Below, one piece after another: positions 28,160 through 38,222 of a DNA stretch of 64,000 nucleotides (its first letter is position 1; every line of letters starts with the position of its first letter). The position numbers were made by a program, and so were the translations under genes. Under the pieces are notes generated by a model, which did not search any database, had not been told where the DNA came from, and saw nothing but the letters and a program-made list of their open reading frames with translations. This DNA is from Escherichia coli. GTDB lineage: Bacteria; Pseudomonadota; Gammaproteobacteria; Enterobacterales; Enterobacteriaceae. The stretch lies in NCBI RefSeq assembly GCF_003334305.1, contig NZ_QOWS01000017.1, one strand, 5' to 3'.

Positions 28160-29632
28160 TTAGAATATGGACTGGAATTTAGCCATCTCAACCTGGATGG
28201 ACTTCACCTGGGTGTAACTCTGGAGCGTCATCACGCCGTTCTCGCGACCAATGCCGGAGTGTTTGTAGCCGCCAACGGGCATCTCTGCCGGGGATTCGCC
28301 CCAGGTGTTGATCCAGCAAATACCCGCTTCCAGCTGATGAATGACGCGATGCGCGCGGTTCAGGTCCGCCGTCACGATGCCCGCCGCCAGGCCGTAGTCG
28401 GTATCATTGGCGCGGCGAATCACTTCGTCCTCAGATTCATAAGTGAGAAGCGACATCACTGGCCCGAAGATCTCTTCACGCACGATGGTCATATCGTCGC
28501 TGCAATCGGTGAACACTGTCGGTGCAACCCATGCGCCGTTATCGAAGCCATCGCCTTTCAGTACATCGCCGCCGCACAGTACGCGCGCGCCTTCCTCTTT
28601 GCCTTTGGCGATATAGCGCAGCACGTTATCGCGATGCGGGAAGCTGACCAGCGGGCCGAAGTTAGTTTGCGGATCGAAAACGTCGCCCGCGCGAATGCGC
28701 TCAACGCGCGCCAGAATTTTCTGCTCAAATGCGGCTTTGCATTTCGCCGGAACGAAGACGCGGGTGCCATTGGTACACACCTGACCGGAGCTGAAGAAGT
28801 TTGCCATCATGGCGATATCGGCGGCGAGATCGAGATCCGCATCATCGAAAACGATCAGCGGTGATTTACCGCCCAGTTCCATGGTCACTTCTTTCAGGGA
28901 AGAGGCCGCCGAGTTAGCCATCACTTTTTTGCCGCTGGCGACACCGCCGGTAAATGACACTTTGGCAATGCCCGGATGCTCGGTCAGATATTGCCCGGTC
29001 TCCGCGCCCACGCCCGGCAACACGTTAAATACGCCGTCCGGCAGGCCCGCTTCGCTGTAAATTTCAGCCAGCTTTAACGCGGTAAGCGGGGTAACTTCGC
29101 TCGGTTTGAAAATCATTGCGTTGCCTGCCGCCAGCGCCGGGGCGGATTTCCACAGGGCAATCTGGATCGGGTAGTTCCATGCGCCAATCCCTGCCACTAC
29201 GCCCAGCGGTTCGCGGCGGGTATACACAAAGGACGTTTCACGCAACGGGATCTGGCTGCCTTCCAGCGCCGGGATCAGCCCGGCGTAGTACTCCAGCACG
29301 TCCGCACCGGTAACGATATCGACGGTTGAGGTTTCCGAATATGCTTTTCCGGTGTCGAGGGTTTCCAGTTTTGCGAGTTCGTCATTGCGTTCACGCAGAA
29401 TATCAACGGCCCGACGCAGAATACGCGAGCGCTCCATAGCGGTCATCGCCGCCCAGATTTTTTGCCCCTGTTGGGCACTCTTCACGGCGCGATCGACATC
29501 CTCACGCCCGGCGGCCTGCACGGTCGCCAGCACGTTACCGTTGGCCGGGTTAATGGTCTCGAAGGTGCGACCGCTGGTGGCGGAGGTATAACCACCATGT
29601 ATATAAAGCTGCTGTTCTGCCATTCGGGACAT
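28160..29632 (-). CDS. betB: betaine aldehyde dehydrogenase BetB
   Basis: [21 protein letters not shown]..., 490 aa. ALDH motifs are present: ELGGKSP and [12 protein letters not shown]. Confidence 0.95.
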   Translation of the reverse strand: MSRMAEQQLYIHGGYTSATSGRTFETINPANGNVLATVQAAGREDVDRAVKSAQQGQKIWAAMTAMERSRILRRAVDILRERNDELAKLETLDTGKAYSETSTVDIVTGADVLEYYAGLIPALEGSQIPLRETSFVYTRREPLGVVAGIGAWNYPIQIALWKSAPALAAGNAMIFKPSEVTPLTALKLAEIYSEAGLPDGVFNVLPGVGAETGQYLTEHPGIAKVSFTGGVASGKKVMANSAASSLKEVTMELGGKSPLIVFDDADLDLAADIAMMANFFSSGQVCTNGTRVFVPAKCKAAFEQKILARVERIRAGDVFDPQTNFGPLVSFPHRDNVLRYIAKGKEEGARVLCGGDVLKGDGFDNGAWVAPTVFTDCSDDMTIVREEIFGPVMSLLTYESEDEVIRRANDTDYGLAAGIVTADLNRAHRVIHQLEAGICWINTWGESPAEMPVGGYKHSGIGRENGVMTLQSYTQVKSIQVEMAKFQSIF

Positions 29633-29645
29633 CACGTCTCCTCGG

Positions 29646-30233
29646 TTAATCGGTGGGTAAATGCTGAGTAATAAAGTGACGGGTCAGCGAGTGTGCGAGA
29701 GGTTTATCCAGCGGTTTGCCGCTCAGTGCCGCGCGCAGCCATAATCCGTCAATCAGCGCGGCAAGGCCGTAGCCCGCTTCCTGTGCCTGTTGGCGCGGTA
29801 ACTCGCGGCGAAATTCGCTCACCAGATTCGACAATAAGCGGCGGCTACTGACCTGCTGTAAACGATAGAGCATCGGCTGATGCATACTGCTGGCCCAGAA
29901 CGCCAGCCAGGCTTTCATCGCCGCACTGCTCACCTGCGTTTCATCGAAGTTTCCGCCAACAATCGCCTGTAATCGCTGCTCTGCACTGCCCTGCGGAAGT
30001 GCATGTAATCGATTCAAAACCGCGTCACGCAGCTGACTGGTGATATCGCGCATGGTTGCTTCCAGCAGACCATTTTTGTCCCTGAAATAGTGGCTGATGA
30101 TCCCCGTAGAAACGCCTGCACGGCGGGCGATCTGCGCGATCGTTGCATCGTGCATGCCCACTTCATTTATTGCTTCCAGTGTGGCGTCGATCAGTTGTCT
30201 GCGCCGGATCGACTGCATCCCCAATTTGGGCAT
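29646..30233 (-). CDS. betI: TetR-family choline-responsive repressor BetI
   Basis: [57 protein letters not shown] is a TetR HTH. 195 aa from the ATG at 30233. Confidence 0.93.
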   Translation of the reverse strand: MPKLGMQSIRRRQLIDATLEAINEVGMHDATIAQIARRAGVSTGIISHYFRDKNGLLEATMRDITSQLRDAVLNRLHALPQGSAEQRLQAIVGGNFDETQVSSAAMKAWLAFWASSMHQPMLYRLQQVSSRRLLSNLVSEFRRELPRQQAQEAGYGLAALIDGLWLRAALSGKPLDKPLAHSLTRHFITQHLPTD

Positions 30234-30277
30234 TTTCGCCACTCCATTCATCAGCGTTGTTTATCTATTAAAGCGGT

Positions 30278-30297
30278 TATTGATTGGACGTTCAATA
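30278..30297. promoter_or_regulatory. dyad in the betI-betT divergent promoter region; candidate BetI operator
   Basis: TATTGA-ttggacgt-TCAATA lies centrally in the 128-bp divergent intergenic region. BetI is known to act in this region, but I assign the exact site by inference. Confidence 0.45.
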
Positions 30298-30361
30298 TAA
30301 AATGTGTCTTAATTGTTACGAATTTGATTTTAAATGGTAACAATAACAGTGGGGATACTGG

Positions 30362-32395
30362 ATGACAGACCTTTCACACAGCAGGGAAAAGGACAAAATC
30401 AATCCGGTGGTGTTTTACACCTCCGCCGGACTGATTTTGTTGTTTTCCCTGACAACGATCCTGTTTCGCGACTTCTCGGCCCTGTGGATTGGCCGCACGC
30501 TGGACTGGGTTTCTAAAACCTTCGGTTGGTACTATCTACTGGCGGCAACGCTCTATATTGTCTTTGTGGTCTGTATCGCTTGTTCGCGTTTTGGTTCGGT
30601 GAAGCTCGGGCCAGAACAATCCAAACCGGAATTCAGCCTGCTGAGTTGGGCGGCGATGCTGTTTGCTGCCGGGATCGGTATCGACCTGATGTTCTTCTCC
30701 GTAGCCGAACCGGTAACGCAGTATATGCAGCCGCCGGAAGGCGCGGGACAGACGATTGAGGCCGCGCGTCAGGCGATGGTCTGGACGCTGTTTCACTACG
30801 GCTTAACCGGCTGGTCGATGTATGCGCTGATGGGCATGGCGCTCGGATACTTTAGCTATCGTTATAATTTGCCGCTCACCATCCGCTCGGCGCTGTACCC
30901 GATCTTCGGTAAACGGATTAACGGGCCGATAGGGCACTCAGTGGATATTGCAGCGGTGATCGGCACCATCTTCGGTATTGCCACTACGCTCGGTATCGGT
31001 GTGGTGCAGCTTAACTATGGCTTGAGCGTACTGTTTGATATTCCCGATTCGATGGCGGCAAAAGCGGCACTGATCGCCTTGTCGGTGATAATCGCCACGA
31101 TCTCTGTCACCTCCGGTGTCGATAAGGGGATTCGTGTGTTATCGGAACTTAACGTTGCGCTGGCGCTGGGATTGATCCTGTTCGTATTGTTTATGGGCGA
31201 CACCTCGTTCCTGCTTAATGCGCTGGTGCTGAATGTTGGCGACTATGTGAATCGCTTTATGGGCATGACGCTCAACAGTTTTGCCTTCGACCGTCCAGTT
31301 GAGTGGATGAATAACTGGACGCTCTTCTTCTGGGCATGGTGGGTGGCATGGTCGCCGTTTGTCGGCTTGTTCCTGGCGCGTATCTCGCGTGGGCGTACCA
31401 TTCGCCAGTTCGTGCTGGGCACGTTGATTATTCCGTTTACCTTCACGCTGTTATGGCTCTCGGTGTTCGGCAATAGCGCGCTGTATGAAATCATCCACGG
31501 CGGCGCGGCATTTGCCGAGGAAGCGATGGTCCATCCGGAGCGCGGCTTCTACAGCCTGCTGGCGCAGTATCCGGCGTTTACCTTTAGCGCCTCCGTCGCC
31601 ACCATTACTGGCCTGCTGTTTTATGTGACCTCGGCGGACTCCGGTGCGCTGGTGCTGGGGAATTTCACCTCGCAGCTTAAAGATATCAACAGCGACGCCC
31701 CCGGCTGGCTGCGCGTCTTCTGGTCGGTGGCGATTGGCCTGCTGACGCTCGGCATGCTGATGACCAACGGGATATCCGCGCTGCAAAACACCACGGTGAT
31801 TATGGGGCTGCCGTTCAGCTTTGTGATCTTCTTCGTGATGGCGGGGTTGTATAAATCTCTGAAGGTAGAAGATTACCGCCGTGAAAGTGCCAACCGCGAT
31901 ACCGCGCCGCGACCGCTGGGGCTTCAGGATCGCCTGAGCTGGAAAAAACGTCTCTCGCGCCTGATGAATTATCCGGGCACGCGTTACACTAAACAGATGA
32001 TGGAGACGGTCTGTTACCCGGCAATGGAAGAAGTGGCGCAGGAGCTGCGGTTGCGCGGCGCGTACGTGGAGCTAAAAAGCCTGCCGCCGGAAGAGGGACA
32101 ACAGTTGGGGCATCTGGATTTGTTGGTGCATATGGGCGAAGAACAAAACTTTGTCTATCAGATTTGGCCGCAGCAATATTCGGTGCCGGGCTTTACCTAC
32201 CGCGCACGTAGCGGTAAATCGACCTACTACCGGCTGGAAACCTTCCTATTAGAAGGCAGCCAGGGCAACGACCTGATGGACTACAGCAAAGAGCAGGTGA
32301 TCACCGATATTCTTGACCAGTACGAGCGGCACCTTAACTTTATTCATCTCCATCGTGAAGCGCCGGGCCATAGCGTGATGTTCCCGGACGCGTGA
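30362..32395 (+). CDS. betT: BCCT-family choline transporter BetT
   Basis: 677 aa, polytopic. The BCCT signature region is ..WTLFFWAWWVAWSPFVGLFLARISRGRTIR.., followed by a long cytoplasmic C-terminal tail. Confidence 0.95.
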   Translation: MTDLSHSREKDKINPVVFYTSAGLILLFSLTTILFRDFSALWIGRTLDWVSKTFGWYYLLAATLYIVFVVCIACSRFGSVKLGPEQSKPEFSLLSWAAMLFAAGIGIDLMFFSVAEPVTQYMQPPEGAGQTIEAARQAMVWTLFHYGLTGWSMYALMGMALGYFSYRYNLPLTIRSALYPIFGKRINGPIGHSVDIAAVIGTIFGIATTLGIGVVQLNYGLSVLFDIPDSMAAKAALIALSVIIATISVTSGVDKGIRVLSELNVALALGLILFVLFMGDTSFLLNALVLNVGDYVNRFMGMTLNSFAFDRPVEWMNNWTLFFWAWWVAWSPFVGLFLARISRGRTIRQFVLGTLIIPFTFTLLWLSVFGNSALYEIIHGGAAFAEEAMVHPERGFYSLLAQYPAFTFSASVATITGLLFYVTSADSGALVLGNFTSQLKDINSDAPGWLRVFWSVAIGLLTLGMLMTNGISALQNTTVIMGLPFSFVIFFVMAGLYKSLKVEDYRRESANRDTAPRPLGLQDRLSWKKRLSRLMNYPGTRYTKQMMETVCYPAMEEVAQELRLRGAYVELKSLPPEEGQQLGHLDLLVHMGEEQNFVYQIWPQQYSVPGFTYRARSGKSTYYRLETFLLEGSQGNDLMDYSKEQVITDILDQYERHLNFIHLHREAPGHSVMFPDA

Positions 32396-32411
32396 TTGTT
32401 TTTGCATAAAA

Positions 32412-32437
32412 CCGCGCCATGTCTGCATATGGCGCGG
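32412..32437 (+). terminator. hairpin downstream of betT
   Basis: CCGCGCCAT gtctgcat ATGGCGCGG forms a 9-bp GC-rich stem 17 nt after the stop. The T-tract is weak. Confidence 0.45.
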
Positions 32438-32967
32438 GAATCATTGACTCGCTGTAAAAAATTATGCATATATTATATATGATTGTCATGTCATATCCTG
32501 AAATTCCTCTTGTATCACTTCATGACTTTATATTTTATTAATTAACGATTTTATTTTGTATTAGCTGAATGGATTCAGCCCTATAGAGTCATATATTTAT
32601 TAATAAGACGATTCTTATATTTGGATACCTAATAAGAGTTACCACTTTTACCGTCTGTATATTAAATGTATTCCTCCTGTTTTTGTTTATATTTTGAGTT
32701 GATTTGAGTTCCTGGATACATATAATGCGCAGGTATTAGAGACTGGGAGGAATGTAATGATAAAGTTAAGAGTGTTAACTTAAAATAAGTTTTCAGTAGT
32801 AACTTGCTATTTTATTACCCTCTGAACTACATACTCAGATATGTGGTTGCCAATGCTATGCAAAATTTTTGAATTTTTATATGCGATGAACAGTAACCAG
32901 AATGGCATTTAATGCGTTGCTGTTTATGCAATCTTGGTTTTATTTGGATGTATTGCTGGAGATTGTG

Positions 32968-35900
32968 ATGAATAAAATATATCGGCTAAAGTGGAACAGG
33001 TCCCGTAACTGTTGGAGCGTCTGCTCGGAGCTGGGGAGCAGAGTAAAAGGAAAAAAGTCCCGGGCTGTTTTAATTAGCGCGATAAGTTTATATTCATCTC
33101 TGGTATTCGCCGATGATGTCATCGTAAACCAGGATAAAGCTATTGATTTTGGCAAAGAGAACCAGAGCATCGATTACCGTATTACGGTGACTGACAATGC
33201 CAATCTGGTAATCAATACGACAGATACTTCCCGTCCGCGTCTGACTCTCGCTTCTGGTGGTGGGTTGGATATTACCGGAGGAAAGGTAACAATCAATGGC
33301 CCGCTTAACTTTTTGCTGAAAGGTACGGGGTTCCTGAATGTCTCCAATGCTGGCAGCGAGTTATATGCTGATGATTTGTATGAGTCAAACTCAGGCATGA
33401 GACATGATCAAGGCTATTTTAATGTCTCCAATGGCGGCAAAATTCATGTTAAGGGCACCAGTCGTCTGACTTATACGCAGGGGAATGTAAGCGGCGAAGG
33501 TAGTCAGGTAAATGCAGGGACCTTCTTTATGGGCGTTTACGGCGGATATGGCGGTAATCAGTTCCTGTCGGTTAATAACGGTGGTGAAGTTAATGCTCGT
33601 GAACATATTAGCCTGGGTTATTACGACCAACGTTCTGATACAACATTAGTCGTATCAGATGGAGGTAAAATATCCGCACCGAAAATTAGTTTAAGCACCA
33701 ACTCTGAGTTAGCGTTAGGTGCACAGGAAGGAAGTGCTGCGAAGGCTGCAGGGATTATTGATGCCGAAAAAATTGAGTTTGTGTGGGCAAAGACATCCGA
33801 TAAGAAAATCACCTTAAACCACACGGATAAAAACGCGACTATTTCCGCGGATATTGTCAGTGGCAGCGAGGGCCTGGGCTATATCAATGCGCTCAATGGC
33901 ACGACTTACTTAACCGGTGATAACTCTGCCTTTAGTGGTAAAGTCAAAATTGAGCAAAATGGCGCTTTAGGGATCACCAAAAATATAGGTACAGCAGAGA
34001 TCAACAACCGCGGGAAATTACACCTGAAGGCTGACGATAGCATGACCTTTGCCAATAAGATTTCCGGCAATGGTACAATAAGTATCGACAGTGGGACAGT
34101 GGCACTGACCGGCAATAACTATGCATTCAGCGGATATATTGATGTCGCTTCTGGTGCTGTCGCGGTTATTTCTGAAGACAAGAACATCGGCCGTGCGGAC
34201 CTGGATGTTGATGGCAAACTGCAAATCAATGCCAATAAAGATTGGGTATTTGATAACGATCTTCAAGGTAGAGGTATTGTTGAAATAAACATGGGGAATC
34301 ACGAATTCTCCTTCGATGAGTTTGCTTATACAGACTGGTTCCAGGGTTCACTGGCGTTCCAGAACACGACATTTAACCTGGAAAAGAATGCTGAGTTTCT
34401 GCAGAGAGGCGGGATCACTGCGGGTCAGGGAAGCCTGGTAACAGTGGGTAAGGGCGCTCACTCCATTAGCACTTTGGGATTCTCCGGCGGAACCGTTGAT
34501 TTTGGTGCCCTGACAGCAGGTGCACAGATGACAGAAGGGACGGTCAACGTTAGTAAAACGCTGGATTTGCGCGGCGAGGGTGTGATTCAGGTTTCTGACA
34601 GTGACGTTGTAAGCTCAGTATCTCGTGATATTGACTCTGCGTTATCGCTCACTGAAGTCGATGATGGTAACAGCACCATTAAGTTGGTTGATGCGCAAGG
34701 TGCGGAAGTTCTGGGCGATGCGGGCAATCTGCAATTGCAGGATAAAAATGGGCAAATCCTCTCCAGCAGTGCCCAACGTGATATTCAGCAGAATGGGCAA
34801 AAAGCGGCCGTCGGCACTTACGACTATCGTCTGACGAGTGGGGTAAACAATGACGGTCTGTATATCGGTTACGGCCTGACCCAGCTTGATTTACACGCTA
34901 CCGACAGCGATGCTCTGGTGCTGAGCTCTAACGGTAAAAGCGAGAATGCCGCCGATCTCAGCGCAAAGATTACCGGCAGTGGTGACCTGGCATTCAGCAG
35001 CCAGAAGGGTCAGACCGTATCGCTTTCTAACAAAGACAACGACTATACCGGTGTTACCGATCTGCGCAGTGGGACGCTTTTGTTGAATAACGATAACGTG
35101 TTGGGTAATACCCATGAACTGCGTCTGGCGGCAGAGACTGAACTGGATATGAATGGTCACAGCCAGACCGTGGGCACGCTCAATGGCAGCGCCGATTCAC
35201 TGCTGAGCTTAAATGGCGGCAGTCTGACGGTTACCAACGGGGGCACTTCAACCGGTTCGTTAACGGGGAGCGGAGAGCTGAATATTCAGGGCGGCACGCT
35301 GGACATCGCGGGCGATAACAGCAACCTGACAGCGAATGTGAACATTGCTAATTCGGCTAATGTCCTGGTAAGTCATGCGCAGGGATTGGGTAGCGCAAAC
35401 GTTGAGAACAACGGTACCCTGGCGTTGAATAATAGCGCTGAAAAAAGAGCGGCTGCGTCTGTGAATTACACCCTGGGCGGCAATCTGACCAACAACGGTA
35501 CGCTGATGACCGGAATGTCAGGACAGCAAGCTGGCAATGTGTTAGTGGTGAAGGGGAACTACCACGGTAATAACGGTCAACTAGTAATGAATACGGTACT
35601 GAATGGCGATGACTCAGTAACCGATAAATTGGTTGTCGAGGGCGATACTAGCGGCACGACTGCCGTTACGGTGAATAACGCTGGCGGTACAGGTGCGAAA
35701 ACCCTTAACGGTATCGAACTTATCCATGTAGACGGTAAGTCTGAGGGCGAATTTGTTCAGGCTGGTCGTATCGTTGCGGGGGCGTATGACTACACTCTCG
35801 CGCGTGGACAAGGGGCAAATAGTGGTAACTGGTATCTGACCAGCGGCAGTGATTCTCCTGAACTGCAGCCGGAGCCAGACCCGATGCCGAATCCGGAGCC

Positions 35901-36951
35901 AAACCCGAATCCAGAGCCGAACCCTAACCCGACACCTACGCCGGGTCCGGATCTGAATGTGGATAATGACCTGCGACCGGAGGCGGGTAGCTACATTGCG
36001 AACCTTGCAGCAGCGAATACAATGTTCACCACGCGTCTGCATGAGCGTCTGGGTAATACGTACTATACCGACATGGTGACGGGTGAGCAGAAACAAACCA
36101 CTATGTGGATGCGCCATGAAGGTGGTCATAATAAATGGCGTGATGGCAGCGGCCAGCTGAAAACCCAAAGCAATCGCTATGTTCTGCAACTGGGAGGCGA
36201 TGTCGCGCAGTGGAGCCAAAACGGCAGCGACAGCTGGCATGTTGGGGTCATGGCGGGATATGGCAACAGCGACAGCAAAACCATTTCCTCGCGAACCGGT
36301 TATCGTGCAAAAGCGAGTGTGAACGGATATAGCACCGGCCTCTATGCCACCTGGTATGCCGATGACGAGTCGCGTAATGGCGCGTATCTCGACAGTTGGG
36401 CGCAGTACAGCTGGTTTGATAACACAGTGAAAGGGGATGACTTACAAAGTGAATCCTATAAATCAAAAGGATTTACCGCTTCACTGGAAGCTGGATACAA
36501 ACACAAATTAGCTGAATTTAATGGCAGCCAGGGAACGCGTAATGAATGGTATGTTCAGCCGCAAGCACAGGTTACCTGGATGGGAGTCAAAGCCGATAAG
36601 CACCGCGAAAGCAACGGAACCCTCGTTCATAGCAACGGTGATGGCAATGTTCAAACCCGACTTGGCGTAAAAACCTGGCTGAAGAGCCACCATAAAATGG
36701 ATGACGGTAAATCCCGCGAGTTCCAGCCGTTTGTAGAAGTGAACTGGCTGCATAACAGTAAGGATTTCAGCACCAGTATGGATGGCGTGTCCGTCACTCA
36801 GGATGGAGCCCGAAATATTGCTGAGATAAAAACCGGGGTGGAAGGACAGCTAAATGCCAACCTGAATGTCTGGGGGAATGTGGGCGTTCAGGTTGCCGAT
36901 AGGGGATATAATGACACCTCTGCAATGGTTGGCATTAAGTGGCAATTCTGA
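32968..36951 (+). CDS. ehaA: large AIDA-I-type autotransporter adhesin, EhaA-like (1327 aa)
   Basis: The ATG at 32968 gives the extended signal peptide motif MNKIYRLKWNRSRNCWSVCSELG...SSLVFA. It has a long beta-helix passenger, a Pro-rich linker and a beta-barrel ending ..MVGIKWQF. The track ORF begins 22 codons upstream. The length and location next to betT match my memory of EhaA of O157:H7. Confidence 0.8.
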   Translation: MNKIYRLKWNRSRNCWSVCSELGSRVKGKKSRAVLISAISLYSSLVFADDVIVNQDKAIDFGKENQSIDYRITVTDNANLVINTTDTSRPRLTLASGGGLDITGGKVTINGPLNFLLKGTGFLNVSNAGSELYADDLYESNSGMRHDQGYFNVSNGGKIHVKGTSRLTYTQGNVSGEGSQVNAGTFFMGVYGGYGGNQFLSVNNGGEVNAREHISLGYYDQRSDTTLVVSDGGKISAPKISLSTNSELALGAQEGSAAKAAGIIDAEKIEFVWAKTSDKKITLNHTDKNATISADIVSGSEGLGYINALNGTTYLTGDNSAFSGKVKIEQNGALGITKNIGTAEINNRGKLHLKADDSMTFANKISGNGTISIDSGTVALTGNNYAFSGYIDVASGAVAVISEDKNIGRADLDVDGKLQINANKDWVFDNDLQGRGIVEINMGNHEFSFDEFAYTDWFQGSLAFQNTTFNLEKNAEFLQRGGITAGQGSLVTVGKGAHSISTLGFSGGTVDFGALTAGAQMTEGTVNVSKTLDLRGEGVIQVSDSDVVSSVSRDIDSALSLTEVDDGNSTIKLVDAQGAEVLGDAGNLQLQDKNGQILSSSAQRDIQQNGQKAAVGTYDYRLTSGVNNDGLYIGYGLTQLDLHATDSDALVLSSNGKSENAADLSAKITGSGDLAFSSQKGQTVSLSNKDNDYTGVTDLRSGTLLLNNDNVLGNTHELRLAAETELDMNGHSQTVGTLNGSADSLLSLNGGSLTVTNGGTSTGSLTGSGELNIQGGTLDIAGDNSNLTANVNIANSANVLVSHAQGLGSANVENNGTLALNNSAEKRAAASVNYTLGGNLTNNGTLMTGMSGQQAGNVLVVKGNYHGNNGQLVMNTVLNGDDSVTDKLVVEGDTSGTTAVTVNNAGGTGAKTLNGIELIHVDGKSEGEFVQAGRIVAGAYDYTLARGQGANSGNWYLTSGSDSPELQPEPDPMPNPEPNPNPEPNPNPTPTPGPDLNVDNDLRPEAGSYIANLAAANTMFTTRLHERLGNTYYTDMVTGEQKQTTMWMRHEGGHNKWRDGSGQLKTQSNRYVLQLGGDVAQWSQNGSDSWHVGVMAGYGNSDSKTISSRTGYRAKASVNGYSTGLYATWYADDESRNGAYLDSWAQYSWFDNTVKGDDLQSESYKSKGFTASLEAGYKHKLAEFNGSQGTRNEWYVQPQAQVTWMGVKADKHRESNGTLVHSNGDGNVQTRLGVKTWLKSHHKMDDGKSREFQPFVEVNWLHNSKDFSTSMDGVSVTQDGARNIAEIKTGVEGQLNANLNVWGNVGVQVADRGYNDTSAMVGIKWQF
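35869..35949 (+). repeat. proline-X dipeptide repeat linker (PEPDPMPNPEPNPNPEPNPNPTPTPGP) in the autotransporter
   Basis: Imperfect tandem 6/12-nt units are visible (ccgaatccggag ccaaacccgaat ccagagccgaac cctaacccgaca). Confidence 0.8.
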
Positions 36952-36973
36952 TCTGAATAATGAGTAAAAGGAG

Positions 36974-37005
36974 AGAGAGCCGAACGGGAGATAATTCGGC
37001 TCTCT
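36974..37005 (+). terminator. hairpin terminator after the EhaA-like gene
   Basis: AGAGAGCCGAA cgggagataa TTCGGCTCTCT has an 11-bp stem, followed by gtgtcATTTTCTT. Confidence 0.6.
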
Positions 37006-37092
37006 GTGTCATTTTCTTGCAGCCAGCTTTATCAGTCAGAGTGAAGACTCGCAGATTTAGCTGGCGCACAAGATTTAATCAAGGTGTGTTCA

Positions 37093-38181
37093 ATGGCTTC
37101 GCATGATTTGAGTGTTTTTTTGGAAGAGTTCGGGGCAACGGTGAATTTGACGTTGCCTGGTATCGTGTCCGAAAAAGAACGGCTTTTACTCAAGCTGCTA
37201 ATGGAGGGAATGTCGGTTACAGAAATCTCACAGTACAGAAATCGCAGTGCAAAGACAATTTCACATCAAAAGAAGCAGCTGTATGAAAAACTAGGCATCC
37301 AGAGTGATATTACCTTCTGGCGGGATATCTTTTTTCAATATCATCCGCAAGTCATCAGTGGCACGGGAAATAAAAATAATTTTTATATCCCTGATAACCG
37401 TTGTCACCATATCGTCACGCCTGAAGCCATCAGTCTGGCGTTGGAAAACCACGAATTCAAACCGTGGATCCAACCGGTTTTCTGCGCGCAGACTGGGGTA
37501 CTGACGGGCTGTGAGGTACTTGTCCGCTGGGAACATCCACAAACGGGAATTATCCCACCGGATCAGTTTATTCCTCTGGCGGAGTCATCCGGTCTTATTG
37601 TCATAATGACCCGCCAACTGATGAAACAGACTGCGGATATTCTGATGCCGGTAAAACATTTGCTGCCGGACAATTTCCATATTGGCATCAACGTCTCGGC
37701 GGGTTGTTTTTTGGCAGCGGGATTTGAAAAAGAGTGTCTGAACCTGGTTAAGAAATTAGGTAACGATAAAATCAAGCTGGTTCTCGAGCTAACGGAACGT
37801 AATCCTATTCCGGTAACGCCAGAAGCCAGAGCGATATTTGACAGCCTTCATCAGCACAACATTACCTTTGCGCTGGATGACTTTGGTACGGGTTATGCGA
37901 CCTATCGTTACTTGCAGGCGTTCCCGGTCGATTTTATTAAGATCGATAAGTCATTTGTGCAAATGGCGAGTGTCGACGAAATCTCCGGTCATATTGTGGA
38001 CAATATTGTCGAACTAGCGCGTAAGCCTGGTCTGAGTATCGTGGCGGAAGGGGTAGAAACCCAGGAGCAGGCGGATTTAATGATCGGTAAAGGCGTTCAC
38101 TTTTTGCAGGGCTATTTGTACTCTCCGCCAGTACCGGGTAATAAATTTATCTCTGAATGGGTAATGAAAGCAGGTGGTTGA
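37093..38181 (+). CDS. pdeL: c-di-GMP phosphodiesterase and LuxR-HTH transcription factor PdeL (YahA)
   Basis: 362 aa from ATG 37093. The N-terminal LuxR HTH is VSEKERLLLKLLMEGMSVTEISQYRNRSAKTISHQKKQLYEKLG. The C-terminal EAL domain shows ..CEVLVRWEHP.., ..ELTER.., ..DDFGTGYAT... Confidence 0.93.
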   Translation: MASHDLSVFLEEFGATVNLTLPGIVSEKERLLLKLLMEGMSVTEISQYRNRSAKTISHQKKQLYEKLGIQSDITFWRDIFFQYHPQVISGTGNKNNFYIPDNRCHHIVTPEAISLALENHEFKPWIQPVFCAQTGVLTGCEVLVRWEHPQTGIIPPDQFIPLAESSGLIVIMTRQLMKQTADILMPVKHLLPDNFHIGINVSAGCFLAAGFEKECLNLVKKLGNDKIKLVLELTERNPIPVTPEARAIFDSLHQHNITFALDDFGTGYATYRYLQAFPVDFIKIDKSFVQMASVDEISGHIVDNIVELARKPGLSIVAEGVETQEQADLMIGKGVHFLQGYLYSPPVPGNKFISEWVMKAGG

Positions 38182-38222
38182 TGTAAACCGCTATTCACAG
38201 CGCATCGGGAGGTTGGCAGCGA

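Noticed and set aside
26655-29671. Multiple 65-201-aa ORFs on both strands within betA and betB
   Set aside because: They are alternative frames of two highly conserved enzymes. Their composition is Arg/Ala-rich, and none has independent start signals.
35614-36240. 208-aa minus-strand ORF inside the EhaA-like gene
   Set aside because: It is antisense to the Pro-rich linker and barrel region. Its Arg-rich repeats simply mirror the Pro-X repeat.
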